DNA from: Salpingoeca rosetta
Taxonomy: Eukaryota > Protista > Choanoflagellata
Direction of reading: 5' to 3'
Length of the DNA: 64,000 nucleotides
Assembly (NCBI GenBank): GCA_033442325.1
Contig: JAWQFM010000012.1
Location: 436,122 to 500,121, forward strand
This document shows, piece by piece, positions 17,174 through 27,946 of the stretch. Positions within the stretch are counted from its first letter, which is position 1. Each line of letters begins with the position of its first letter. The position numbers and the translations under genes were made by a program. The notes beneath the pieces are model-generated. The model made no database searches. It saw nothing but the letters and a program-made list of their open reading frames with translations, and had not been told where the DNA came from.

Positions 17174-18919
17174 GTGTGTGTGTGTGCGTGCGTGCGTGTG
17201 TGTGTGTGCGTGTATTGCGTATTGCTTGGGGTTTCCATTCGTCTATCTGTGGCTGCGTGTCCACGACCATTGTATCACTTTGTCGCCTCTTCGAAGTGCC
17301 CAACTGACTTGCATGTGCACATGTATGGATCTATTTCCCTCGTCAGCCTTCGCATCAAGTTTGCACCGCGTCACGCCGGCGTCTTCACGCAGCTGTGGAA
17401 CATTCAGTACTCCGTGGCAGGAGTAAGGAGCTCCCTTGTCGTGTGACTCGTTACTGGTCGTGCTTGTGTGTGCATGTGTATGTGTATGTGTGTGTGTTGT
17501 GTTGTGTTGATCCGCATGTTGGTACACGCGTTTTCATTTGGCAAAGCAGAGCAACAGCAGTAGCACCTATCAACCCTCTCATCACACTTGTGGCCAACAA
17601 CACACGTGTGCAGTCGACGGAGCGCATGAAGGTGCCGCTCCAGCTGCGCGGAACCGCTACGCAGTCGACTCTGCATCCGTTCGCTCGCGGATTCACTGCC
17701 GCTGCTGCTGCCACCAACGGCGCTCATGCAGACATCAGCACCACTGACGCAAACACATCGGAGCACCACAGCCACGGTGTGTGTGTGGGGGGGGGGGTGG
17801 GTGGGGGCGGGTGTATGCCTTTGGAGCTGGAACAAGCCGTTAGTCCCAGTCGCCAACCCTAATTCTGCTGTCTGCATGTGTGTGTGTTTGCGCGTGTGTG
17901 TGTGTGTATGTGTGTGTGCGTGTGCGTGTGCGTGTGCAGAGACGACACCGAGTCGTGGCGGTGATTCGCGCACGCGGTACGACGCGACCTCAGACACGCA
18001 ATCCACGTCGAGCAAGGTGCGATGGATGCGACAAACAACACCATTGAAGGGGTGGTGATTGATGATGGGTGATGCTGCGAAGTGTGGATTGTGCACAATG
18101 AATGTTGCGTCGTCCCAGGCACCTTTATCACATCGACTCTCATCCTCATGTGTGTGTGTGTGTGTGTGTGTGCAGCGAGTGAAGAAGCAGCGCGGGCTGC
18201 GCGTCATTCCGACGCGCGTCGACTTTGGCGCTACGCGAGTTGGCGAAGAGATGCGCATTCGTGTCAAGGTGAGCTGTCATGGCAGACGCAGAGAGACTGA
18301 GACTACGAGATTGATGCATCGTGCGCACGCAAGGACGCAGGCAACGGTGTGCACAGCGTGAAAGGATATTTCGACATGTTCGCATTCTCATGTGTGTGTG
18401 TGTGTGTGTGTGATTTGCGTGTATTGTGCATGTATTGTGCATGTGCATTGATGTGCGTCTGTGTGCAGGTGTGCAATGAGAGCGCCAAATCGAGCCTTGT
18501 CGGGTTCATGACAACCGGTGCTGCGTTTATGCTGCGGCACGTCAGCGTGGAACTCCGGCCCTTCTCCTACGTCGAGGTGTGGGTGTGTGCGTTGTGTACA
18601 TGCGCGTGTGCATGCGCGCGTGCGCGTTGTGTGCATGCGCATGTGGGTGTGCGTGTGTCTGTCTATCTCTTCGTGAGGTGTGCATGATTGTGGACCAGGC
18701 GATGAACCCGACAGCAACCACTTGCTGGGCGTGTAGTCGCTACGGCGTCACCCCCCCCCCCCAACGCATCGCTCACCATCAGTTCATCCACCACCCTGTC
18801 TGCAGCTGCCAATCACGTTTGTGCCGCGCACAGCGGGTGTGCACGAAGGAAACCTTGTCGTCACACACGAAAGCGGCGCCAAGACCGTTCGTGTCAAACT
18901 CAAAGGACAGGCCCTGTAG
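5297..18919 (+). CDS. CEP192: Centrosomal protein CEP192/SPD-2 orthologue: long disordered N-terminus plus tandem ASH/PapD-like domains; multi-exon, including one ~7.8 kb exon (7656-15501)
   Basis: SPD-2 domain signatures: LHFGGVEVG, RIPLLGYGGISRL (human IPLSGYGGTSNL), VRNVGSRAAYV (VRNTGSRAAFV), LFTGDEVLRRRL (LFGGDEISRQQY), CFLDSMACVRL. The last exon LPITFVPRTAGVHEGNLVVTHESGAKTVRVKLKGQAL* (TAG 18917-18919) matches the CEP192 C-terminus. The start codon and first exon (5297-5656) are less certain. Confidence 0.88.
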
Positions 18920-18926
18920 CTCCTCC

Positions 18927-19036
<110 letters not shown>

Positions 19037-19445
19037 CTGTAGGGGTATGGGAAGGTGTTCATATCCCTGCTTTCCTATTATGTCTCCTGCCCCTCCTATT
19101 TTGGCATCGGCATCGGCCTCTCCGCCTCTGTTGTAGTCATGGTGTGCTTCTGTGGCTTTAACCACATGTCATATCACATTACATCCCTAGCTTCTTGTTC
19201 GATTCGTGTTTGTTCATGTTTTGTTTTCCTCCCAGCGTCGCGTGTCTCTCGTATCGTATTGACCCTCTTTGATTGCCATCGCTGCTTGTGGCGTTGGTGG
19301 CGGGCGCACTGTGCATACAAAACAACCATCCGTACATGTCTCGCTGGTGTGAAGAGGGGTGGAGTGAGCCCTCAAACACCTCATCAAGGACGACAACGCA
19401 GACCGCACACACACACACACACACACACAACCACTGCGTGCTCCT

Positions 19446-20675
19446 TCAGCAGCCCGGGTCGAGGCCCAGCACCTCCTGCCCGCTGTATGGGATGCCGTAG
19501 ATGCCGCCGGTCTTTGCCAACACGCCGCCAAACCACGCCAGTGCCGGGACATCGATGTCCGTGATGGGGGTGGTGCCGGCCGTGCGGGTGATTGGATCGA
19601 CAATCAGGATGGCCGCGGTGCTGACGGGGATCATGTACACGAGCCCGTTGGGCGCGAGCACGGCGCTGGTCCATCGTGGTATTGTGCCTGACAGGCCCGT
19701 GATGGAGGTGGTGTCGGTGGTGTTGGTGTTAGTGTCGATGATGAGCACATTGGACGCCGTGTACGGGGCGGCGAAGATGAGGCCGTTTGGTGCCAACACC
19801 CCGCCCTGCCACGATTTTTCGCCCAGGTCAGACCCAAAGAAGGAGACGGTGTGCGTGTTGGTGTCAATGACGAGCACGTGATCTGCGTTGCGCGGGATGC
19901 AGTAGATGAGGCCGTTGTCTGTGAGGGCGCCGCTGTGCCACTTCAAATCGCCCTGCTCCAGCCCCTTGATGGTGGTGGCGTCGGCGGTGTTGGTTTCGGG
20001 GTCAATGATGAGCACGCTGGTGGCGGAGGCGGGGATGGCGTAGATGAGCCCGTTCTGCGCCAGGACCCCGCCAATGTACTTGTCGCCCTGTGGCGGGCTG
20101 GGGTCCGCGAAGGAGGTTGCCTCTGCCGTGTTTGTGTTTGTGTTGATGACCAAAATGGTCTGGGCGTTGCGTGGTATGCCGTAGATGACGCCGTTCTTGG
20201 GCGAGAAGACGCCCCAGTTCCACTTGTTTAGGATGCTGGCGACGTTGGGGATGGAGATGGTGGAGATGGTGGAGCCTGCGTGTGGGTTGATGACCAGCAC
20301 TTCCTGCGCAAAGCCTGGGATGCTGTAGATCAAGCCGTTGTCTGCCAGCACGCCGCCAACCCACTTGCCTTCGATTGAGGTGAGGGAGCCAAAGGAGGTA
20401 GTGTCCAGCGTAGCGAAGCGGCAGGTTATGTGCTCCAGCATGCTGATCTGGTCTTGCTGCTGCTCCAGCAGCGCCTGCTGCGCCTCGATGGTGCTCTGCT
20501 GTGCGACAATGTCCACGCCGTTGATCAATATGCGCTGCTCGCTGTCTGTAGTGAAGATGTGGAAGGTGCCATTCCCGTCTTCCTCCAGGACAACCTCGGC
20601 ACGAGCGTGGCCGGCAGCGAGGAGACCCAGCACCGCCACTACGGCAGTGGCAGCCATTAAGGTCGGGGGTGCCAT
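19446..20675 (-). CDS. Intronless secreted protein: signal peptide, short N-terminal module, coiled coil, then seven ~45-aa beta-propeller repeats
   Basis: ATG 20675 (MAPPTLMAATAVVAVLGLLAAGHARA|EVV). Q-rich heptads (QQSTIEAQQALLEQQQDQISMLE). Seven copies of (K/R)WxGGVLAxNGLIYxIPxxAxxVLxIDP; stop after ...LDPGC. Confidence 0.85.
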   Translation of the reverse strand: MAPPTLMAATAVVAVLGLLAAGHARAEVVLEEDGNGTFHIFTTDSEQRILINGVDIVAQQSTIEAQQALLEQQQDQISMLEHITCRFATLDTTSFGSLTSIEGKWVGGVLADNGLIYSIPGFAQEVLVINPHAGSTISTISIPNVASILNKWNWGVFSPKNGVIYGIPRNAQTILVINTNTNTAEATSFADPSPPQGDKYIGGVLAQNGLIYAIPASATSVLIIDPETNTADATTIKGLEQGDLKWHSGALTDNGLIYCIPRNADHVLVIDTNTHTVSFFGSDLGEKSWQGGVLAPNGLIFAAPYTASNVLIIDTNTNTTDTTSITGLSGTIPRWTSAVLAPNGLVYMIPVSTAAILIVDPITRTAGTTPITDIDVPALAWFGGVLAKTGGIYGIPYSGQEVLGLDPGC

Positions 20676-20819
20676 CGTGCGGTGCGGTAGGTGTTCCTGG
20701 TGTTCAGGCAGTTGGGAGGGAGTTGCTGAGAGAAGGAGATAGAAATGAAATGGCAACCAGTGGTCTATCGGTGCTGCGGGTCGTCTGGTTGTTGGTTACA
20801 AGGTTACAAGTTGTTCTGT

Positions 20820-20895
<76 letters not shown>

Positions 20896-21211
20896 GTTGC
20901 AGTCACAGTGTGTCGCTGCACAGCTTGCATGTGGCCTGTACACCCGCACAGCAGCAGAACAGGTCAGCGGGAGGGAAATGGATTGGAGCAGAAAGAGCAG
21001 CGTGACGATTGAGGGAAATGCGAGAACGGAACAAGCGAAACTTGTTGGCGTTTGCGAGTGGGTGTGACGTCAAGGAAGTGACGTTGGTACAATTGAAACG
21101 CAAGGCGGTGGTGCATGTGTGCCTGTGTGCCTGTTTCCCTTGCACCACCACCAGCCAGCCAGCCAGTTTGCACGTCGCATGGCTTGCTTTTTCTTTTGTG
21201 TGTGCGTATGT

Positions 21212-22970
21212 TTAATCTTCATCGTCATCATCAGAGTCTGAACCGTCACTCTCATCATCGTCATCGTCGGCCAGCTCTCTTCGGGCAAACTGCACAGAGG
21301 GGTTGTTGAAGTGAGATGGCAGTCAGTGGCCTTCCGAGGTTTTTAGCAACACACACACACACACGTACACAAATATAAAAACAAATACAACAAATACAAC
21401 CAGATGCACGCCCACTCTGACACTACCTCACGCACACACCCTCATTCTCACGCACGCACACACACATGCTTACCTTGATGTTAGTCTTCTGCTTTGTTTG
21501 TTGGGCGACTTGGCCAAGGAGCCGCTTCAGCTCACGCTCGTCAACCTGAGAGGCGCACGAGCACGGTGCAGGGCATCGACGTGGCGTGTGTGAGTCGAGA
21601 ATGACGAGAATGACGACAGCTCGGAGAAAGGGGAGGTAGAGGAGGGATGGCCGAACACAATACAAGGTGTGACAATGCAAGCAGAGCAGCTACAGCACAT
21701 TTAATGGCCACGTTACACGGCTGCACACGCTCAAACACTGGCACACGCACACATACGCGCAACAAGTCTGCGTGCATTCATGTACTCGCTCACAAACGCA
21801 CATGCACCCGCGCACACGTAGCACACACGCACACACCAAAAAAAAAAAAAAACATACACACATAACACACGCACATAACATATGCACGCACACACGCAGA
21901 CAAGAGCATGACCTTGCCGTGGATTTGACCGTTCTGCGCCATGCGGATGAGGAGGTTTTCAACAAGGGCAGCGGTTTCGGGCTTCACAACAGCAATGCTG
22001 TTCACTGACGAAACAAGGTCGAGCATGGGCCAGCAGCAAGGAAAGAAAGAAAGGAAGGTAAGTCAGCACACGGTACAGTCCACGCAAATGGTGTGCACAC
22101 GCAACAAGGAATATAACGCAACTCATACACACACACACAAACACATACACACGCACACACACACAACAACAACTTAAACAACAACAACTAAAACAACTTA
22201 AACAGCAACAACAACAACTTAAACGACAACAAACAATACTGTGCGCAGTTAGGGGTTGCTTACGTCGTGCGCGTGCTGATTGTGTCATGATGGAGCCAAG
22301 CATTTGATTCTTCATCTCCTCCATTTGCCTACAAAGTGGCGAATGCGAGGTGTTGTGTGTGAGTGTGTGTGGGTGTGTGTGAGTGTGTGTGTGAGTGAGT
22401 GTGTGAGTGTGAGTGTGTGTGTGTGTGTGAGTGTGTGTGTGAGTGTGTGTGTGAGTGTGGGTAGTGAGTGGAGTATGGATGAGTTGTGTGCACAGATACC
22501 GATGACCAATCAAGTGCGCTGCAATATGTACACGCGACGACAAGGCGTCCAACGCAACCACGCACCGCTTCTGCTCCTCTTGCTGCTGACGCTGCTTCTG
22601 TAAGCCCGTGTCGGTATGTTGGCAGTGCGCACATGGTTACGGTGTGAGTGTTGTTGACTCAAGTGGGAGTCGGGATGCAAGCGCACACAAACCAAGAACA
22701 TGTGTATAGCGAGGATATACCAAAGCAAACACACATCGCAAACACACACACACACAGCAAACACAAACACATAAAACAAACACGCACACACACACGCACA
22801 CGCATACACACGCGCACAAACACGCGCGCACAGAGCAATCACACAGCAAACACACACACACATACACAAACACACCAAACACAAACAAACACCAGGCATA
22901 ATACCCTTTGCGCCTGCATCTGGGCAAGGCGCGGGTCCTGTTGCTGTTCCTCTTCTCCTGGACGCTCCAT
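21212..22970 (-). CDS. PDCD5: Programmed cell death protein 5 (TFAR19 family), ~6 exons
   Basis: Spliced translation: MERPGEEEQQQDPRLAQMQAQR / KQRQQQEEQKR / QMEEMKNQMLGSIMTQSARAR / LNSIAVVKPETAALVENLLIRMAQNGQIHGK / VDERELKRLLGQVAQQTKQKTNIK / FARRELADDDDDESDGSDSDDDDED*. This is the typical PDCD5 core with an acidic tail. Confidence 0.9.
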
Positions 22971-23753
22971 GACTGACGATTACGGTTTGTCTGTTTGTGT
23001 GTCGGTGATGAACGTCGTGCAGTGTGGTGTGGTGTCGTTGTTGCGATAGCACAGTGTCACATCATGTCGTCACAACATCAAATGCCAATCATCACGTCGT
23101 CGTCGTCGCACTCACATCATCACGTCACACACACACACACACACACACACACACCACATCGCATCTGTCCGCCCTTCCACCACTTTCAGCCCACAACGCT
23201 TACTCTTGCAGCTGTTGTCTCTGCTCTTGCGCACTTGCTCCTTGGCAAATGTCTGTGGACAATTACAAGAAGATATTCGAAAATTCTCTACACGCCGCAT
23301 TTCTTGTGCCTCGATGCATGCTGCACACCAACAACAACCTACCTTCCTTCCTTCAACACACACGACGCACACTTCTTCCTCACCCCTCATTGCCGTGCCA
23401 TCGCCGTTGGGAGTTGGTGCGTTTGATAAATGCATGCACAAAGGGAGGTGGGGGAGGAGGCACACAGCACGCACCCCCTGCCCACGCTCCTGTTTCCCCG
23501 GCTTGCACGGGCCAGCTTTTCAGACACGGCTGAGTCGTTGTCCATCACAGAGCCCTGTTTCCTCACCTTCGTTCCGCCCCTGACCACCCATCTCGCTGTG
23601 TTTTGATTTTGATCGTGCGCGCGCTCGCAGGCCTTTTTGGCTTTGTCGTGATCGGAGCACGCACACTCACATACGGAGAGGCTCAACAACAAGCGCCATC
23701 CTCATTCCCGTCGTGAGCCGTCGCCCTTCTCTGGCAGCCCGGCATATTCTTGA

Positions 23754-23793
23754 GCGCGTACCGAAAGCTTGTACTCAAGCTTTTGGTACACGC
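23754..23793. promoter_or_regulatory. 40-nt imperfect inverted repeat (18-bp stem, TACT loop)
   Basis: GCGCGTACCGAAAGCTTG-TACT-CAAGCTTTTGGTACACGC; one C:A mismatch and one G:U pair. Confidence 0.5.
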
Positions 23794-23815
23794 CACCGCC
23801 CTCTTGCTTCCTACA

Positions 23816-23860
23816 ATGCTGGACGTTTTCACACTCGCGTGTCCTCCCGGAGTTAGCTGA
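23816..23860 (+). promoter_or_regulatory. Candidate upstream ORF (14 aa, MLDVFTLACPPGVS*) in the ATP13A leader
   Basis: ACAATGC start context; the only plus-strand ATG I found between ~23437 and the ATP13A ATG at 24417. Confidence 0.4.
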
Positions 23861-24416
23861 CACCCGCTCAACGCCAACGTTCAACCCCTCCGCTCTTCTT
23901 CTTCCGTCCCTCTCGCTCCATCTTCTTCTTCTTCTTCGACCATCGTCCCCTGTTTTTCTTCAAACGAAGGCCGAGTCCCGCTCAGGAACATTCCTAAGAA
24001 CCCCCTCCCTGTCTCACCCTTCCACTCCCCTCGACGTTTGCGCACTCATAGCGTTCACCGCCATCCTCCTCCCCTTTTCGCATTGTAGCGTGTGCTGTTA
24101 ACCTTCTTCCTTGTTGATCGTACTCGCTGTTTTCAAGCGGTTGCTTCTTGTTCTCAAGCATCCTGGTCTGCGTGTGGTTTTGTGTTCACATCACACGCCA
24201 AAACGCAGTGACACAGCACATCACACACATTGTGACTCAACTTTCACAGCTAGTCTCTTTCCCCCTGCATCACACACGTGTGTGCACAACTACTTGTTCT
24301 TCCTTCCCTCCTTCACGTCGAGGCTTGCCACTGAGCGGCCCATCTCGCTCACACGCCTTGACCCCTTTGCCTTCACTTTACTGCGACAACTACTGCTCTC
24401 CCGCTTGCTCCCCCAT

Positions 24417-26064
24417 ATGGCCAAGTCGTATGGCACGGCGCACGCGCCGCTGGTTGGCAGCTCACCAGATCCAGCCGACTCTGTGTGGAGGCGCCCCTAT
24501 CGGGTTGCGTGCGACGTTCTCCCGCACGCTGACTTTGAAGACGATGACCCGCCCATCTACGTGAGTCCACCCGGCACTGTATGGTGTGTGTGTGTGTGTG
24601 TGCGTATTGTGTTGTGTTGTGTTGTGTTGTGGTGTGGTGTGGTGTGGTGTGGTGTGGTGTGGTGTGGTGTGGTGTGGTGTGGTGTGGTGTGGTGTGTCTG
24701 TGTGTATTGTGTCTGTGTCCGCGGGTCTGCTTGCAGAGCTTGCTCCCCCCCCCCTCTCATCCCATGCCCACTCTTCTGATCTCTCTCCAGTGCATGTGGG
24801 AGACCATGACGTGGCTGTCTCTTGCCCCCCCCCTGCCCCTCAACCTTGATCCCCCAGCTCACACCTGCCGCCCAATACCCCACTCACTGCCTCAACCCCT
24901 GCTGCCTCTGCCCTCCATCCCAGGTTGACTGCCGGCGGTATGTGACCGGCAAGCAGCTGTTGTACTGGCTGCTGACGCTGCTCACCGTTGGGCTGTTGCC
25001 GCTCGTGTGCAAGTGGAAGCCGACGTGGTCTGCGATGCTGCAGACCACCTGCTGCCGTGTTGGCCGCGCGGACGTGCTGGTGGTCACCCGCCGCAGCAAA
25101 GGCCAGGGCGTGGAACGCGTGCGCACATACACACCGGCAGCACCCAACGCCGCCAAGATGATTGCCTTTGAGCATCGCCATGTGCGGTTTGTGCTGGACA
25201 TGGACACGTCGACGTTTGTGCGCGTGGTCGATCTCTCGCAGCACACGACCATTGCCAAGCTGCACGCCCTTGTACACAAGCCGAGGTGGGCGGCTTACCA
25301 GCCAGGAGGGGGAAGAGGGTGGTGATGTTGTTGGTGTTGAGGCTGTTGCTTCCGGACTTTTACGGACTGCACACGCTTGCCGCTCGCTGCCGCTGCTTCA
25401 ATCATTCGAAGCACACGCCCTGACGCACCTGCGCTTCCACACACCAACTCACTTCACCCACTCACTCAACACGTGGATACATGCATGTGCGTGCGTGTGT
25501 GTGTGTGCGTGGCCAGGGATGTGGAGGTGTCTGAAGACGAGTTTCTGCACGGTGCAAACAGCATCGATGTTGAGGTCAGCGCTGCTGCACATACAGTGGG
25601 CGATCGTGCGCTGCACCATGGCGTTCATGTGCATGGCATTCCGCACCATTGCGCTTCTGATCCGTCCGCGTTTGTCTTTGTTTGCCCATCCAAACGCACG
25701 GGCGTGCACATGCAACATTGCGCGCACGCACAACCACACAACCGCCCTCACTCACGTACTGATTTGCATACATTCGCGGGCGCAGGTCAAGTCGTACTTT
25801 GCGCTGCTGATTGACGAAGTGCTGACGCCGTTCTATCTGTTCCAAGCGTTTGCAATTGGGCTGTGGTGCATTGACGAGTACTACTACTACGCCGGTTGCA
25901 TCTTCTTCATCTCGCTCGTCTCGGTTGTCCTCACGTTGGTGGAGACGCGGCGAAACGCAGAGAAACTGCACGACATGGCCGCATTTCACGCGCGCATCAA
26001 GCGCATCCACCCCTCGCACGACCCCAACACCGACGTTCTCACAGAGGTATGCGTGTGAGCGTGT

Positions 26065-26115
<51 letters not shown>

Positions 26116-27910
26116 GGGGGGGCGAGTGAATGGGTGTGTGCCTCTTGCGTACGTCTGTTTGCCCTTGATTTTGAATCGGCTGGTCATGCTTTGAGGCCGC
26201 GTATTCTCATCCAACCTTCCTTGCTTCCTTCCTTGCTTCCTTTCCTCCCTTTCCTCCCTTTCCATCCTTTCCATCCTTTGCTTCCAACAGGAGGTGGATG
26301 CGACGCAGCTGCTGCCTGGCGACATGGTTGAGATTGAGGAGGGTGCCGAGATGCCGTGTGACGCCGCCATTGTGCTGGGCGGGTGTCTTGTCAATGAGTC
26401 CATGCTCACCGGCGAGAGCGTGCCTGTCACCAAGACATGTCTGCCAACAGATGCTGTTGAAGTGGAGCATGAGTACGCACCGACGACACACAGGGCGCAC
26501 ACGCTCTTCCGCGGCACATTTGTCATGCAGCGCCGCACCCCTGTTGTGCGGGCGATTGTTGTTCGCACGGGGTTCAACACGAGCAAAGGACAGCTCGTGC
26601 GGTCTATCTTGTACCCGAAAGGAACGCGGTTCCGCTTCTACGAGGACGGCCTCAAGTTCCTGATGGTGCTGGGCGTGCTTGCGCTGGCCGGGTTTGCGTA
26701 CACGATTGTCGTGCTGCAACGTCACGGCGTCTCTGTCGACCACATTGTCGTCCGGGGCCTCGACCTCATCACCACCGTACGCCAGCACCTGCTGGCGCTT
26801 GTGTGTGTGTGTGTGTGTCTGTGTCTGTGTCTGTGTCTGTGTCTGTGTCTGTGTCTGGGTTATGTCTGCTAGTTGTGTGCCTGAACTTGTGTCTGTGTGT
26901 CTGCATTTCGTGTGCGGTTTTGCACACTTCTTCGCTCGCGCGCTCGCTCACACCAACTGCAACCTCCTTCCTCTCCTCCTCCTTCTCTCTCCTTCTCTCT
27001 GTCAGGTTGTTCCCCCTGCACTCCCTGCTGCAATGACGATTGGGACCATGTACGCGCTCGCCCGCCTCAAGAAACAGAAGATCTTCTGCATCTCCCCGCC
27101 CCGCGTCAACGTACGAACCGCACTCACCACGCACATGTTGTGCGGTGTGGTGGCCACTGTCATCACACAACTCGCTTTTACACACACTCACACACTCACA
27201 CACTCACACTCACTCTCACTCTCACTCTCTCACACACTCACACATCCACACCCGCATGTCGACAGGTGGCCGGCAAGCTGAAGCTGTTCTGCTTTGACAA
27301 GACGGGCACGCTGACCGAGGACGGGCTGCACCTGTGGGGCATGCGCGATGTCGACACGACCACGCGCCGATTCGAGGCCCTCAACCAGTCTGGCACGCTG
27401 TACGGTGCACCCTCGGCGCTGGGCATGCTCGGAGCGTGTGCATCGTGCCACTCGCTGGCGGTGCTGAAGAAGAGCGCCGACACGACGATGCCTGAGCTGC
27501 TGTCGATGCTGGAAGAGGCAGACCCAACGCCTGGGCACCGCACGCTGCGAGACGGCGCACCCGCGTGGTCGCGCAACGCCAGCACAACGGGCAGCAGCGC
27601 TGGGAGCGCCGTCGGCAGCAGTGTCGGCAGCACGCGCAGCAGCCGGAGCGGCAGCGGCCGCGGGTCGTCGCCGGCAAACGCATCGGCACACGTGCACACG
27701 AACCACGCGCTGCCGCGGCAGGACCTTGTTGGCGATCCGCTTGAAGTGCAGCTGTTTGAGGCAACGAGGTGGCGGCTGTCTGAGCCTGGCGACGCAGAGC
27801 ACGCGTACGTGCCGTCCATCGCTGCGCCGTACACGTATGTGCACCCGCCCGATGACCACGACGCCGCGTTTGTGCTGCAGTCGCGCAAGAACAAAGGCAA
27901 CGGCAAGGAC

Positions 27911-27946
<36 letters not shown>

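Noticed and set aside
23084-23583. Short plus-strand ORFs between PDCD5 and ATP13A (e.g. MSVDNYKKIFENSLH...)
   Set aside because: No recognisable domain and partly microsatellite-derived; cannot be supported as a gene, though further uORFs are not excluded.
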